A DNA stretch of 59,227 bases, filler included. It is 6 parts of 6 records of this genome, joined end to end, with 100 filler letters (N's around TTAATTAATTAA, not from the genome) between each part and the next. Parts side by side here need not be neighbours in the genome. Positions count along the whole stretch, not along the records: positions 14,579 to 24,303 come from SRR31156797_3425; positions 24,404 to 29,897 come from SRR31156797_3426; 4 more parts are not named here. The stretch is one strand, 5' to 3'. Below, piece by piece: positions 19,589 through 29,997 of the stretch. A program made the translations under genes and the position numbers. Under the pieces are notes generated by a model. That model did not search any database, was not told the DNA's origin, and saw nothing but the letters and a program-made list of their open reading frames with translations. Positions within the stretch are counted from its first letter, which is position 1. Each line of letters begins with the position of its first letter.

Positions 19589-20587
19589 TTAGTTGTTTAC
19601 ATCTTTTGTGAAGATTGATTTACATTTAGCTGCACCAATACAGAAATCTTTTTTAACCCAAATCCATGAACTTACATCATCTTCACTAGTTGTTTTGTTT
19701 TTAAATTCAGCCCAGAAGGTTCTAAACTTTCCAATAGATTGTGCTCTTCCCGTTGTAGGATATGCTAATTGTATAGCATATTGTGTTTTGATTGCTAAAG
19801 GAAAGTACTTAGGTGTACACATTGAATTAGGTACTCTTGTAGTTGGAGAAAAAGAAAATGTAGCATTTGATAGTTTTGCAAGACCACCTGCATAATGTAA
19901 ATCATCAATTGCACTTAATGAGTATACATGATGTGCAGTAATTGGATCTTCACTTTTACCATTTCCATAAGCTGTATTATTTCCAGTTATTCCAGAACAA
20001 CCTGCACACCAATGAAGATGATTGGTAGGTTCTTGAAATGTAGCTGCTGCACAATCAACTATACAAGCTGCTGCACCAATTGGATTGTTATACCATAGCT
20101 TTCCAACTGGACCTTTTGCAGTTTGTGCAAATATTGCCATAGTATCAGATGTTTGAGTAGGAATAATTTCAGACCAATATAAAAAGTTTGTAGAAGTTAA
20201 TCTTTCAAAACATACCATGTCTTGAACAAAATTTAAGATACCCATTGGAGCAAAAGCAATAAAGTGAGTATATCTTCTAGTTTGTGATTGATTTCTACTG
20301 TTACCTTGTTTTCTAGTTAGAGATTTATCAAATTTTTGACCAATAGATACTACATTCCAAGGAGTATTAGTTGTTTCAATCAATCCTATAGGTTCTGCAA
20401 TTTGTGCTTTAAATCCAACTGCAAGTCCACCACTAGATTCTTCAAGCTCACATCTACATAAGTCAGTAGTAAACTTAGTATTGTCAGCCATATATTCCCA
20501 ATCAATCGTTTCTATGAAGTTTAGCATTACATTTTCAGCTTTTAATATAGAAGAAAATAGTAGAAGACTTAAAAATAAATTTCTCAT
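19589..20587 (-). CDS. traU: F-type conjugal transfer protein TraU
   Basis: CRC…EPIGLIE…PW; YWSEI.PT; ACIVDC; HWCAGC; C.PKYFP…KTQY; 332 aa. Confidence 0.85.
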   Translation of the reverse strand: MRNLFLSLLLFSSILKAENVMLNFIETIDWEYMADNTKFTTDLCRCELEESSGGLAVGFKAQIAEPIGLIETTNTPWNVVSIGQKFDKSLTRKQGNSRNQSQTRRYTHFIAFAPMGILNFVQDMVCFERLTSTNFLYWSEIIPTQTSDTMAIFAQTAKGPVGKLWYNNPIGAAACIVDCAAATFQEPTNHLHWCAGCSGITGNNTAYGNGKSEDPITAHHVYSLSAIDDLHYAGGLAKLSNATFSFSPTTRVPNSMCTPKYFPLAIKTQYAIQLAYPTTGRAQSIGKFRTFWAEFKNKTTSEDDVSSWIWVKKDFCIGAAKCKSIFTKDVNN

Positions 20588-21198
20588 TGTTGCTCTTTTA
20601 TTAGGTCATTAGGGTTATATTCATTTATGATAAATTTATCATTTTGTTGAGTTAAAACAGTGGGAGTACATTTAACATCTAACATTTTTACTTCAATCTT
20701 TTCTCTAGCTTGAAATACGTTTAGATTATCTTTTAGTAGTTTTTTTATATCACCATTTACTACATAAATATTTGAATATTTTCTGTAGGTTCTTGCAAGA
20801 TTAACTTGTGTATTGTCGTTAGAATCAATGAATATCAAATACTTATTAAAAAAGATATTATTTTCAGTTAATATGTTGTATTTATAACCTTTTTTAAAAA
20901 GTATTTCATCTGAATAAGGTAGCTTTATGTCTTCAGATATAGTTAGTTCAGGAATATACTCTCTTTGTTTTGTTTCTTCGCAGTTTTTTAGTGAGCTATT
21001 AATTGTAAAGCTTTTCTCATATGCATTGTTTATTTCTTCTAATATTTTTTCTTTCTTTACTTTTTCATTGTATCTTTCTTCTAGCAGAACATCAAAGCTT
21101 TTTTCATTAATAAGATGTGTATTTCCATACGTTCCTAAATCTTTGTATGCGAATAAAATGGAATTAATTAGAATAACTAAAAGAAAGATATTTTTCAT
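20584..21198 (-). CDS. traW: F-type conjugal transfer protein TraW
   Basis: Signal peptide followed by DLGTYGNTHLINE; LIFIDSND..QV; VKCTPTVLTQ; precedes traU. Confidence 0.75.
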   Translation of the reverse strand: MKNIFLLVILINSILFAYKDLGTYGNTHLINEKSFDVLLEERYNEKVKKEKILEEINNAYEKSFTINSSLKNCEETKQREYIPELTISEDIKLPYSDEILFKKGYKYNILTENNIFFNKYLIFIDSNDNTQVNLARTYRKYSNIYVVNGDIKKLLKDNLNVFQAREKIEVKMLDVKCTPTVLTQQNDKFIINEYNPNDLIKEQQ

Positions 21199-21199
21199 A

Positions 21200-21769
21200 T
21201 TAAAAACTTAATAATTTTGCAGAAATTACTGCTGCATACCAACCAATTTTACAATTTTTTGCACCTTCTTCATAAACTTTTTTAGCTTTTGCTAAATCTA
21301 CTTTTTGGAAATAACCTTTTTGTAGAACTTCTCCATAATCAATATAACCACTACAAAGTTTATTTTTATAGTTAATTTCAGAGTAGTATGCAAAGTCTTC
21401 TAAATGATTTCTCTTTCCAAAAGAAGTTTTGATTAAATGTGCAATTGCAAAAGAACTAATAGGGTTTTGGTACTGCTCATATGATTTTTTGAAATTCTCA
21501 AGAGCTTTTACAAAGTTAGGTACTCTTACTGTTACTTCTTTTACTGAATCAGGTTTATGTGGATCTCCAGACTTAATATCTTGACTTGCCATATAATCTT
21601 TGTTAGTTAATTGTAAAACAGCAAGTTTATACATTTTGTCTTTTTCTGTGATTGCTTTAACATCATCAGGAAGAGTAGTTAAACCCTTTTCCTTGATAAA
21701 TGTTTCTTCATATGCATTTCCTAGAAGAATTGAGCTTGTGATTAATAGTAGTGAAATAATTCTTTTCAT
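21200..21769 (-). CDS. Exported hypothetical protein, possibly Sel1-like helical repeats
   Basis: Signal peptide; VDLAKAKKVYEEGAKNC-like repeat; inside the tra operon. Confidence 0.55.
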   Translation of the reverse strand: MKRIISLLLITSSILLGNAYEETFIKEKGLTTLPDDVKAITEKDKMYKLAVLQLTNKDYMASQDIKSGDPHKPDSVKEVTVRVPNFVKALENFKKSYEQYQNPISSFAIAHLIKTSFGKRNHLEDFAYYSEINYKNKLCSGYIDYGEVLQKGYFQKVDLAKAKKVYEEGAKNCKIGWYAAVISAKLLSF

Positions 21770-21775
21770 GAAGAC

Positions 21776-22507
21776 CTACTTAAATAATCCTGCAGGATTA
21801 ACTTTTTTACCATTAGAGTCAAGAAGTGTAGGAGTTCCATTCACACCTAAATCATTCACAATAGTTAATTGTCTTTCTAAGTGTTCATTATATTTATTTA
21901 AATCTCCTACAGTATGAGTAGCTTTCATAAATGAAGCATCTTTTTTAAGCATAATGTTTTTATATGCAAGATATTTATCTTTGTTAGTTTTTTGAGAAAG
22001 AATGTAGTAACTCATGTTTTTTGCATTTTTGTGAAATGGAAGTGGGAATAAAACTACATGAATTTTAATTTTTTTCAGTTTTTCTTTTGTTAAATGTGAA
22101 TTCATATTTTGTTCAAGTTTTACACAATAAGGACATTCTGGATCTGTAAATAAGAAGTATTCATCTTTTCCTGTTCCAATAGTGAAAGCAGCTTCTTTTT
22201 TAACGTGTTCTAAGCTTTTAGGAATAAATAACTCTTCTCCAGTTTGAGCTTTAAAACCTTTACCAAGGATAACAACATCTAAGTCTTTTGTAACAAAAGC
22301 ATCAAAAGGCATTTTTTTACCATTTTTTAATTTGTTAATTCCACCAACATGATAAATTGATTTATTATCAATAACTTCACTAATTTCAATACTATCTGAT
22401 TTAAATAAACCAATTTTTTTAATTTTCGATTTTAGCTCAGTATTTGCACTTAATGATAAACTTAGTGCAGCAACAAGCCCACTAATTAGTAAAAATTTCT
22501 TCTTCAT
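21776..22507 (-). CDS. dsbC: DsbC/DsbG-family thiol:disulfide isomerase of the conjugation system
   Basis: Signal peptide, N-terminal dimerisation region, FTDPECPYC, LGVNGTPT. Confidence 0.85.
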   Translation of the reverse strand: MKKKFLLISGLVAALSLSLSANTELKSKIKKIGLFKSDSIEISEVIDNKSIYHVGGINKLKNGKKMPFDAFVTKDLDVVILGKGFKAQTGEELFIPKSLEHVKKEAAFTIGTGKDEYFLFTDPECPYCVKLEQNMNSHLTKEKLKKIKIHVVLFPLPFHKNAKNMSYYILSQKTNKDKYLAYKNIMLKKDASFMKATHTVGDLNKYNEHLERQLTIVNDLGVNGTPTLLDSNGKKVNPAGLFK

Positions 22508-22522
22508 CTATATCTCCTCTAG

Positions 22523-22873
22523 TTATTTATTGTTTAAAAAGTTTTTGATTTTTTGCTTATCTTCTTCAGATGCCTTAAATGTTAGCTTTTGTGTTTCAAC
22601 AGCTTCAATTTTAAGTTGTAAATTTTTTACTAACTCATTAGTTTTTTTAAGCTGTTCATTTGTGTTTTGAAGGTTTTGTTTGAGTTGTTTTTTATCAGCA
22701 ATACTTTCTTCGTACTTATCCATTAATTTAAAAACTGAATTTTGTAAATTATATAAATAATTAGAGTTGTTGATGTCTTCAACACTATAGTTGTTGTTAT
22801 TTTCCTTAACTTGTGCTTGTAATCCTGTAGTTAACAAGATACTAGATAAAACTAGTATAAACTTTTTTTTCAT
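22523..22873 (-). CDS. Small exported coiled-coil hypothetical protein
   Basis: Signal peptide and heptad-rich core; coupled to the upstream gene. Confidence 0.6.
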   Translation of the reverse strand: MKKKFILVLSSILLTTGLQAQVKENNNNYSVEDINNSNYLYNLQNSVFKLMDKYEESIADKKQLKQNLQNTNEQLKKTNELVKNLQLKIEAVETQKLTFKASEEDKQKIKNFLNNK

Positions 22874-23367
22874 TATGTTTTATTCTCCTTTTGTTTTTCC
22901 ATAATTAATGCAATATTTTGTTCCATAGTAGAAATCTTATTGTTGTTGTCAATAGTGTTAATTTTTAATTTTTCAATTTCATGTTGATTCTCGATTAACA
23001 TTTTAAACATTGACTTTTTATCATTTAAAGATTGTTTGATATATGAAATTTCTTCATCTTTGCTTATCTTTAATACAACTGTCTCTAATTTATTTTTTTT
23101 AATATGCGTTTCAACTTCTTTCTCAGTAATACCTAAAAGGCTCATATATAAGGCTTTTGGAATCATAATTGATGTTTTATCCTCGATTACTTTTGAAGTA
23201 ATAGAGTCTACAAATTCCATATGATTATAAGTTTGAAAATAAAGTGTTAACGCATCAATTAATATCTCAGTTTTAGAAGTTTTTCTTTTTTCTGCTTCTG
23301 CAATAACTAAACTATGTAGCTTTGTAGGGATATTTGCATTAATTGCTGTTGTTCCATTATCTTTCAT
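22873..23367 (-). CDS. Putative DNA-binding regulator (N-terminal ribbon-helix-helix), first gene of the tra operon
   Basis: INANIPTKLHSLVIAEAEKRKTSKTEILIDAL fits an RHH pattern; C-terminal coiled coil. Confidence 0.55.
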   Translation of the reverse strand: MKDNGTTAINANIPTKLHSLVIAEAEKRKTSKTEILIDALTLYFQTYNHMEFVDSITSKVIEDKTSIMIPKALYMSLLGITEKEVETHIKKNKLETVVLKISKDEEISYIKQSLNDKKSMFKMLIENQHEIEKLKINTIDNNNKISTMEQNIALIMEKQKENKT

Positions 23368-23518
23368 TTTTTTCCTTTGAAATAATATATTATAGATATA
23401 TTATAACACATAACTCTATTATAGAATTTGGAAAAATTATTATATAAATTAACTTAACTTTTAATTAAAATAATATAGAATTGATTTTTTAAGTTTAAAT
23501 AATATTGATTGGAGCTGT

Positions 23519-24303
23519 ATGACTAGTATAAAAAAAATATTGGGTTTTTCACTTATTCCCTTACTTTTATTAGAATTAAATGCAAGTGAAGATACTAAAA
23601 ACAATGGGATAGAAAGAGGTTTTCACTTTGGTGAACTTGAAGTCAAAAAAGAAAAGAAGGACAAAATCAATGAACAAAAATCAATACCTCAACTTTTAGC
23701 TGATATTTTAGATGTTCAGAAAAAACAATTGAAAGAGCAAAAAAGAATAAAAGAAATTCTTGAATCACAATATGATCCACAACCAAAACAATTTATTAAC
23801 AAAGATGGTAAAAAATGTATAGAAAATGAAAGTGGTGAGTGCTATAAATACCCAATACTACCTTCAGCAACTAGAAATCCTGCACTAGCTAATTTCTTAC
23901 AGAATCCTACAAATTTAGAAAAGGCAATCAACTATAAGCAATGGGAAGATAAGCATTTTTCTCATGTTGAAGATATAGGTTATGGAATGAAATATGCTGT
24001 TTTAAACAATAACCAAAAATCAAAAACAATGATAGACAGTGCAAGTATGTTATCTGGTAGACACAATGTGTATATGACTAATGCAAAAGCAGATTTAATT
24101 AAAAAACATTCAAAGGATATAAAAATATTTATATTAATGAGTGATGATGGAAGAGAATTTAAAAGCATTAGAAAAGGGATTACTGAATCAATTGAGACTA
24201 TAAGATATACAAATATAAATCCAGTTCTAGTCTTTTCATCAGATAAAGCAATCAAAAACTTTGAAAAGATAATCACTCAATACGACTCTTATATATTGAG
24301 AGA
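23519..24303 (+). CDS. TraF-like conjugation protein (3' truncated)
   Basis: Signal peptide, ERGFHF and LQNPTNLEKAINY resemble TraF N-terminal motifs; divergent from the tra operon. Confidence 0.5.
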
Positions 24304-24403
24304 NNNNNNNNNNNNNNNNNNNNNNNNNNNNNNNNNNNNNNNNNNNNTTAATTAATTAANNNNNNNNNNNNNNNNNNNNNNNNNNNNNNNNNNNNNNNNN
24401 NNN
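24304..24403. other. Artificial contig linker
   Basis: 44 N + TTAATTAATTAA + 44 N. Confidence 0.99.
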
Positions 24404-24404
24404 T

Positions 24405-25436
24405 CATATTGTTGGAACAAATGGAAAAGGAAGTACGGGAAGATTTTTATCTCATTACTTACATAAAAAAGGCTTTAGAACCTTACATTACTCTTCTCCT
24501 CATATAATGAAATTCAATGAAAGAATATGGATAAATGGAAGAGATAGTAGTGATATAGAACTACAAATGGCTAGTTCAAAACTTCAAGAGATATTGCCTT
24601 TAAATCTTTTAGAAAAACTAACTTATTTTGAATACACAACTCTTTTAGCCTTTGTTTTAAGTTCAAGTTTTGATTATCTAGTTTTAGAAGCAGGACTTGG
24701 TGGTGAGTTTGATGCAACAAATATTGCAAAAAATGACTTATCTCTTATTACTACAATTGGACTTGACCACCAAAGCTTTTTAGGTAACACAATAGAAGAA
24801 ATTGCAAGAACTAAAATGCGTTCAGTGGATACTAAAATGCTAATTGGTTACCAAACTTCAAACAAAGTTTATGAAACTGCTTTAAAAGTTAAAGATGAAC
24901 TAAAAGATGAGTTTGGACGAGATATAGTTATACAAATTGTTAAAGAGTTTGATAAGTATAGCTTAGATGAAAGATTTGCTTCATATTTAAAACTTAATTT
25001 GCATTTAGTAATAGAAGCATTAAAAGAGTTAAACATAGATATTGACCTTGATATTTTTAATGAAGTAAAACTATCAGGAAGATGTGAAAAAATTAAAAAA
25101 AATATAACTATAGATGTGGGTCATAATCCCCTAGCAGCTACATTTTTAGCCAAAGAGTTCAATAATAAAAAAGTACATTTAATATATAATTCTTATGCAG
25201 ACAAAGATTATAAAGAGGTTTTAACTATTTTAAAACCTATTGTTACAAAGATAACAATAATCGACTTAGATGACAAAAGAATCGTAGATAAAAATAATTT
25301 ATTGGAAATTTGCCATAATTTAAATATAATGGTAACTTCTTTAGAAAATATAGAACCAGATGAAGAGTATTTAGTCTTTGGTTCTTTTTTAGTTGTGGAA
25401 AAATTTTTAGAAAATATGAGATTAAATGAAGAATAG
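24405..25436 (+). CDS. folC: Folylpolyglutamate synthase/dihydrofolate synthase (5' truncated)
   Basis: Frame extends upstream to HIVGTNGKGSTG; LEAGLGGEFDATN, GLDHQSFLG, DVGHNP. Confidence 0.93.
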   Translation, partial: HIVGTNGKGSTGRFLSHYLHKKGFRTLHYSSPHIMKFNERIWINGRDSSDIELQMASSKLQEILPLNLLEKLTYFEYTTLLAFVLSSSFDYLVLEAGLGGEFDATNIAKNDLSLITTIGLDHQSFLGNTIEEIARTKMRSVDTKMLIGYQTSNKVYETALKVKDELKDEFGRDIVIQIVKEFDKYSLDERFASYLKLNLHLVIEALKELNIDIDLDIFNEVKLSGRCEKIKKNITIDVGHNPLAATFLAKEFNNKKVHLIYNSYADKDYKEVLTILKPIVTKITIIDLDDKRIVDKNNLLEICHNLNIMVTSLENIEPDEEYLVFGSFLVVEKFLENMRLNEE

Positions 25437-26367
25437 ATTAATTATTACTGTTTCTGATGTACATGGAACAAAAGCCTTTAATGTACATCAAATTGCAAAA
25501 AAACTTATTGTATTTATTGTTCTTTTTGTTTTGCTTGTTATTGGTGGAGGTTCTTGGTTTATCAACAATTTAAGTGATAAAATGGAGACTTTAAAAGAGC
25601 AAAAGCAAAGAGAACTTGCAAAAAAAGAAGTAGAAATAGATAAAAAAGAGAAAGAGATTACAGCTCTAAATGAAAAAGAACAAAAGCTACAGGCTCAAAA
25701 TAAGTTCTATTCATTACAAATTAAAAGTAAAGTAGAAGATATTGATGCTTTAAGTTCAAAACTTGATGAAATAGAGTCAATGATTGGTCTTAAAGATGAA
25801 AAAATAGAACAGCTTACTAAAGAGACTTTAGACTCAATTAGTGATAACACAAAATATTTTACACTTTTAACTATACCCAATGGTAGTCCATTAAAAAATA
25901 CAAGGGTAACCTCTCAATATGGTTATAGAATACACCCAATTACAAAAAGAAAAAAGTTTCATAGGGGTATTGATTTAAGAGCAAGAATGAGAACACCAGT
26001 TAAAGCAACTGCAAATGGTGTTGTTGTTTATGTAAGGTCAAGGGACAGAGGAGACTTTGGTAGAGTTGTAAAACTACAACATAGTTTTGGTTTTATGACT
26101 ATTTATGCACACTTAAATAAAACAGAAGTAAAGCTTGGTGATGTAATTAGAAAAGGTCAAGTTATTGGTTTAAGTGGAAATAGTGGACGAAGTAGTGCTG
26201 CACATTTACACTATGAAGTAAGATATGGTGGAAAAATATTAAATCCAAAAGACTTTATAACATGGAATTTTAAAAATTATGATAAAATCTTTACTAAACA
26301 AAGGAGAGTTAAGTGGGAATCTTTGGTAAGGCTAATAAGCGAACAACACAAAATGGTGCTACAGTAA
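25426..26367 (+). CDS. M23 peptidoglycan endopeptidase (Csd1-like cell-shape determinant)
   Basis: TM segment, coiled coil, HRGID, YAHL and HLHYEV Zn motifs; folC-M23-bactofilin order as in Helicobacter csd loci. Confidence 0.88.
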   Translation: MKNRLIITVSDVHGTKAFNVHQIAKKLIVFIVLFVLLVIGGGSWFINNLSDKMETLKEQKQRELAKKEVEIDKKEKEITALNEKEQKLQAQNKFYSLQIKSKVEDIDALSSKLDEIESMIGLKDEKIEQLTKETLDSISDNTKYFTLLTIPNGSPLKNTRVTSQYGYRIHPITKRKKFHRGIDLRARMRTPVKATANGVVVYVRSRDRGDFGRVVKLQHSFGFMTIYAHLNKTEVKLGDVIRKGQVIGLSGNSGRSSAAHLHYEVRYGGKILNPKDFITWNFKNYDKIFTKQRRVKWESLVRLISEQHKMVLQ

Positions 26368-26750
26368 TTGCCCACGGGACTTGTATAATCGGTGGAATTA
26401 CTACTGAGGGTACAGTTCATATTGATGGAAAATTTGAAGGTGTTATATTAGAAGCCGATGTTATTTCAATTGGTAAAACAGGTGAAGTAATAGGTGATAT
26501 AAAAGCTAATAACTTAATAGTTAGTGGACTTTTAGATGGTAAAATTGATTGTAATGAAGTACAAATTCTTTCAACTGGTAAAGTCATTGGAAATATGAAA
26601 TACAATGAACTTAGTATTGAAGAAGATGGAAAATTTGAAGGTCAAGGTGTTAGAAAAGGTTCTAAACTGAAAAGTAGATATGATGAAATAGAAAATAAAC
26701 TAAATAATATCATTATCACACCGTCTCACCAGATTGAGCATGAATCATAA
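26313..26750 (+). CDS. Bactofilin (CcmA-like polymer-forming cytoskeletal protein)
   Basis: TVIAHGTCIIG…HIDGKFEG…IGKTGEVIGDI beta-helix repeats; GTG start with AGGAG RBS. Confidence 0.9.
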   Translation: MGIFGKANKRTTQNGATVIAHGTCIIGGITTEGTVHIDGKFEGVILEADVISIGKTGEVIGDIKANNLIVSGLLDGKIDCNEVQILSTGKVIGNMKYNELSIEEDGKFEGQGVRKGSKLKSRYDEIENKLNNIIITPSHQIEHES

Positions 26751-28854
26751 AAAAATAGAAGAAAGATTAAAAGAACTTTATGAACAAAAAACTACTATAG
26801 AAAAAGAGATTGAAACTCTTGAAGATATAGTAAATCAAAAAGAAAAAAAGAGTCTATCAAAAGATGAAAAGATAGAACTTTTTAAATCTCTATTTTTTGC
26901 TAGAACAGATATCTTTGCAAAAAAATGGACTAGTAAAGATGGCTCTAAACAAGCCTTTTATCCCTTAACTCAAACATTTAGAGGAAGTGACTACTTACCT
27001 CTAACAAACAATGAAGTTGAGCTTCACCTAAGAGGAAAAGTTCAGCTAGCTTCATACTTAATAAATCAAACAAACAAAAGTAAATATATAGTTTTAGAAA
27101 GTTTAGAAAAAGATATTCCTAAGCTTCTAAAAACTTTTGCAAGCTTAGAAATTGAAGCCTTATTTGAAATAAGCTCTTATAACTCAATTTTAGTTTGGGT
27201 GTTTTTTGAAAAAGAGTTAGAAACAAAGTCTGCTAAAACTTTTGCTCAATATATTTTGAAAAAATCAAATATCTCTGCAAAGATTTTTCCCACAAAAGAG
27301 TTTGTAACAAATGGAAGTTTTGATGAACCAATAGAGTTACCACTTCATTTAAAGTTTAGAGACTCAAATAAAACAGTATTTTTTGAGCCAAATTCTAAAG
27401 AAGTATATAAAGACCAATGGAAACTTTTACAAAATATCTCTAAAGTATCTGAAAAAACAGTTTTAAAATATAATGATTTTGAAAAGATTGATAAAACTGA
27501 TTTAATGTTTGATGATATAGAGTTTCCTTTATTTAAACTAGAGATTAAACTATATGACTATTTATATGTTCCAACACAAAATTTATCAAGAAGTTTTATA
27601 AATAAACTAAAAGCCTTCGCATCTTTTGATAACCCACAAGTAAAAGTTTTATTAAGTCTTCGTAAGCCACTTTATAATACTCCAAGGGTAATAAAAAACT
27701 TTGAAGAAGATGAAAACTACTTAAAACTTCCAAGGGGACTTATTTATCAAATCTCAAAGTATTTAGATGTAAACAAAGTTGACTTTAAAATTGATGATAA
27801 AACATATTGTGAAGAGATAGAAACAAAAAAGGTTTTATTTGAACTAAGAAATGAACAGCAAGAAGCTATAGATAGAATGCTTAAAAAAAGGTTCTCTATT
27901 TGTGTAGCTCCTCCTGGTTTTGGTAAAACATTACTTGGTGCAAAAATGTTTGAACAAAGAGCTTGTTCTACTTTAATTATAGTAAACAAAAATATGCTTC
28001 TAGATCAGTGGCGAGATAGATTTGTTGAGTATTTTGATTATAAAAGAGCAGATATTGGCTTTTTAGGAAAGAGTAAAAATAAATTAAATGGAAAAATTGA
28101 TGTTGCAACTATGCAAAGTCTTAAAAACTCTCCTGAGATTATAAATAACTACTCTTTTGTGATAGTAGATGAATGTCACCATATCCCCGCTGTTACCTTT
28201 GAGCAGATAGTTAAACAGTTCTATGGAAAGTATATTTTAGGTCTTAGTGCAACACCTAAAAGAAAAGATGGATTAGACCCGATTTTATTCCAACAGCTTG
28301 GTGATATCTCCTATGAATATAAAAAGAAAAAAACTTTTAATAATAAATTAGAGATAATACGAACAGACTTTATAAGTGAAGCAGATAATTATGCTACATT
28401 GATTAATGAATTATGTGTAGATGAAACAAGAAATGGGCTAATTATCGAGCAAATAAAGCTTCATCAAGACAGAAAGATTTTAATCTTAACAGATAGAATT
28501 GAACATATTAATGCTTTAGAAAAACTGCTTGAAAATGAACAAATAGATTATGTTTCTATTCATGGAAGTATGAGTAAAAAAGAGCAGAGTGAAAAGATTA
28601 AACTTGTTAAGTCTAAAAGTCTAATTTTAGCAACGACTTCATATTTTGGTGAAGGGATTGATTTCCCTCATTTAAATACGATTATATTTGCTACACCGAT
28701 TTCTTATTATGGAAGATTGATTCAATATTTAGGAAGAATAGGTAGAGGAAATCAAGAGTGTTTAGCTATTGATTTTCTTGATAACAAAAATGCTATGCTT
28801 AATTCAGCTTATAAAAAAAGGCTTGAAGGATACAAGCAAATGCATTATTTATAG
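26740..28854 (+). CDS. SF2 DExH helicase with N-terminal degenerate AEP (TOTE-type) primase-like domain
   Basis: APPGFGKT, DECHH, LSATP, GEGID, QYLGRIGR. N-terminal FKSLFFARTDIFAKKW…HLRGK…ELPLH resembles TOTE-type AEP domains. Confidence 0.85.
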   Translation: MNHKKIEERLKELYEQKTTIEKEIETLEDIVNQKEKKSLSKDEKIELFKSLFFARTDIFAKKWTSKDGSKQAFYPLTQTFRGSDYLPLTNNEVELHLRGKVQLASYLINQTNKSKYIVLESLEKDIPKLLKTFASLEIEALFEISSYNSILVWVFFEKELETKSAKTFAQYILKKSNISAKIFPTKEFVTNGSFDEPIELPLHLKFRDSNKTVFFEPNSKEVYKDQWKLLQNISKVSEKTVLKYNDFEKIDKTDLMFDDIEFPLFKLEIKLYDYLYVPTQNLSRSFINKLKAFASFDNPQVKVLLSLRKPLYNTPRVIKNFEEDENYLKLPRGLIYQISKYLDVNKVDFKIDDKTYCEEIETKKVLFELRNEQQEAIDRMLKKRFSICVAPPGFGKTLLGAKMFEQRACSTLIIVNKNMLLDQWRDRFVEYFDYKRADIGFLGKSKNKLNGKIDVATMQSLKNSPEIINNYSFVIVDECHHIPAVTFEQIVKQFYGKYILGLSATPKRKDGLDPILFQQLGDISYEYKKKKTFNNKLEIIRTDFISEADNYATLINELCVDETRNGLIIEQIKLHQDRKILILTDRIEHINALEKLLENEQIDYVSIHGSMSKKEQSEKIKLVKSKSLILATTSYFGEGIDFPHLNTIIFATPISYYGRLIQYLGRIGRGNQECLAIDFLDNKNAMLNSAYKKRLEGYKQMHYL

Positions 28855-28866
28855 AAGAAGGAAGAG

Positions 28867-29897
28867 ATGTTAGGAATTATCGTTTGGACACTATTGATTG
28901 CAATAGTAGTTAATCTTATTTTAAAAAGATTCCATTTACCAACAATTATTGGTTATATTTTAACAGGTACAATCATTGCATATGTCTTTAATTTACATGC
29001 GGCTGTGAATAATCATGACTTAAAAGAGATTGCAGAGTTTGGTGTTGTATTTTTAATGTTTACAATTGGTTTAGAGTTCTCTTTAGAACATCTAAAAAGA
29101 ATGAGAAAAGAGGTATTCTTTACAGGAACTCTGCAAATAGTAGTTACAACAGCATTTGTAATCTCTATTTGTATGTTGATTTTTGGTTTTGATTTTAGAA
29201 CATCACTTATTATAGGTGCTGCTTTATCTCTATCTTCTACGGCAATTGTTTTAAAAACATATAATGAAAATAATGAAATTAAAAAAAGACATGGGCAAAG
29301 AGTTCTTGGAATTTTAATTATGCAAGATATTGCAGTTATTCCAATCTTACTTATGATTTCACTATTTGCTGCAGGTGATGATAAAAGTATCACATCTTTA
29401 GTATTTGAGACAGTTGTTGCAGCTGGTATTTTACTTGCACTACTATATATAAGTGGTAAGTTTTTATTAGAACCATTCTTTGAACACGTTTCAAAATCAA
29501 AATCAGATGAACTATTTGTAGGTTCTGTTTTACTTGTAGCAATTGGAGCTTCATATTTAGCTCACTACTTTGGGTTTACTTACTCTTTAGGAGCATTTGT
29601 TGCAGGTATGATGATTAGTGAGACTAAGTTTAAACATCAAGTTGAGGCTGACCTTACTCCATTTAGAAACTTATTATTAGGTGTTTTCTTTATTACTGTT
29701 GGTATGCAAATCAACTTTCAAATAATTGCAGACAATATTGTAATTATTTTAATTTTATTACCTATTTTAGTATCTTTAAAATATTTAATTATCTACTTAC
29801 TTGTAAGAATTGATGATACAAAAAGAGTTGCTTTTAAAACGGCTTTATCTTTAGTTCAAATTGGTGAGTTCTCATTGGCTATTTTAGAGCTTGCTAG
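28867..29897 (+). CDS. CPA2 cation:proton antiporter (KefB/KefC-like), 3' truncated
   Basis: AEFGVVFLMFTIGLEFS, LSSTAIV, ILIMQD, LGAFVAG, FFITVGM, QIGEF. Confidence 0.9.
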
Positions 29898-29997
29898 NNN
29901 NNNNNNNNNNNNNNNNNNNNNNNNNNNNNNNNNNNNNNNNNTTAATTAATTAANNNNNNNNNNNNNNNNNNNNNNNNNNNNNNNNNNNNNNNNNNNN
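29898..29997. other. Artificial contig linker
   Basis: 44 N + TTAATTAATTAA + 44 N. Confidence 0.99.

Larger units (their letters stand above)
14579..24303. mobile_element. Part of an F-type T4SS conjugative plasmid or ICE
   Basis: dsbC-traW-traU-trbC-traN gene set; no integrase, relaxase or rep gene on this contig. Confidence 0.8.

Noticed and set aside
26313-26367. 55-nt overlap of the M23 peptidase and bactofilin genes as a novelty
   Set aside because: Tightly linked M23-bactofilin pairs after folC are the known csd/ccmA arrangement.
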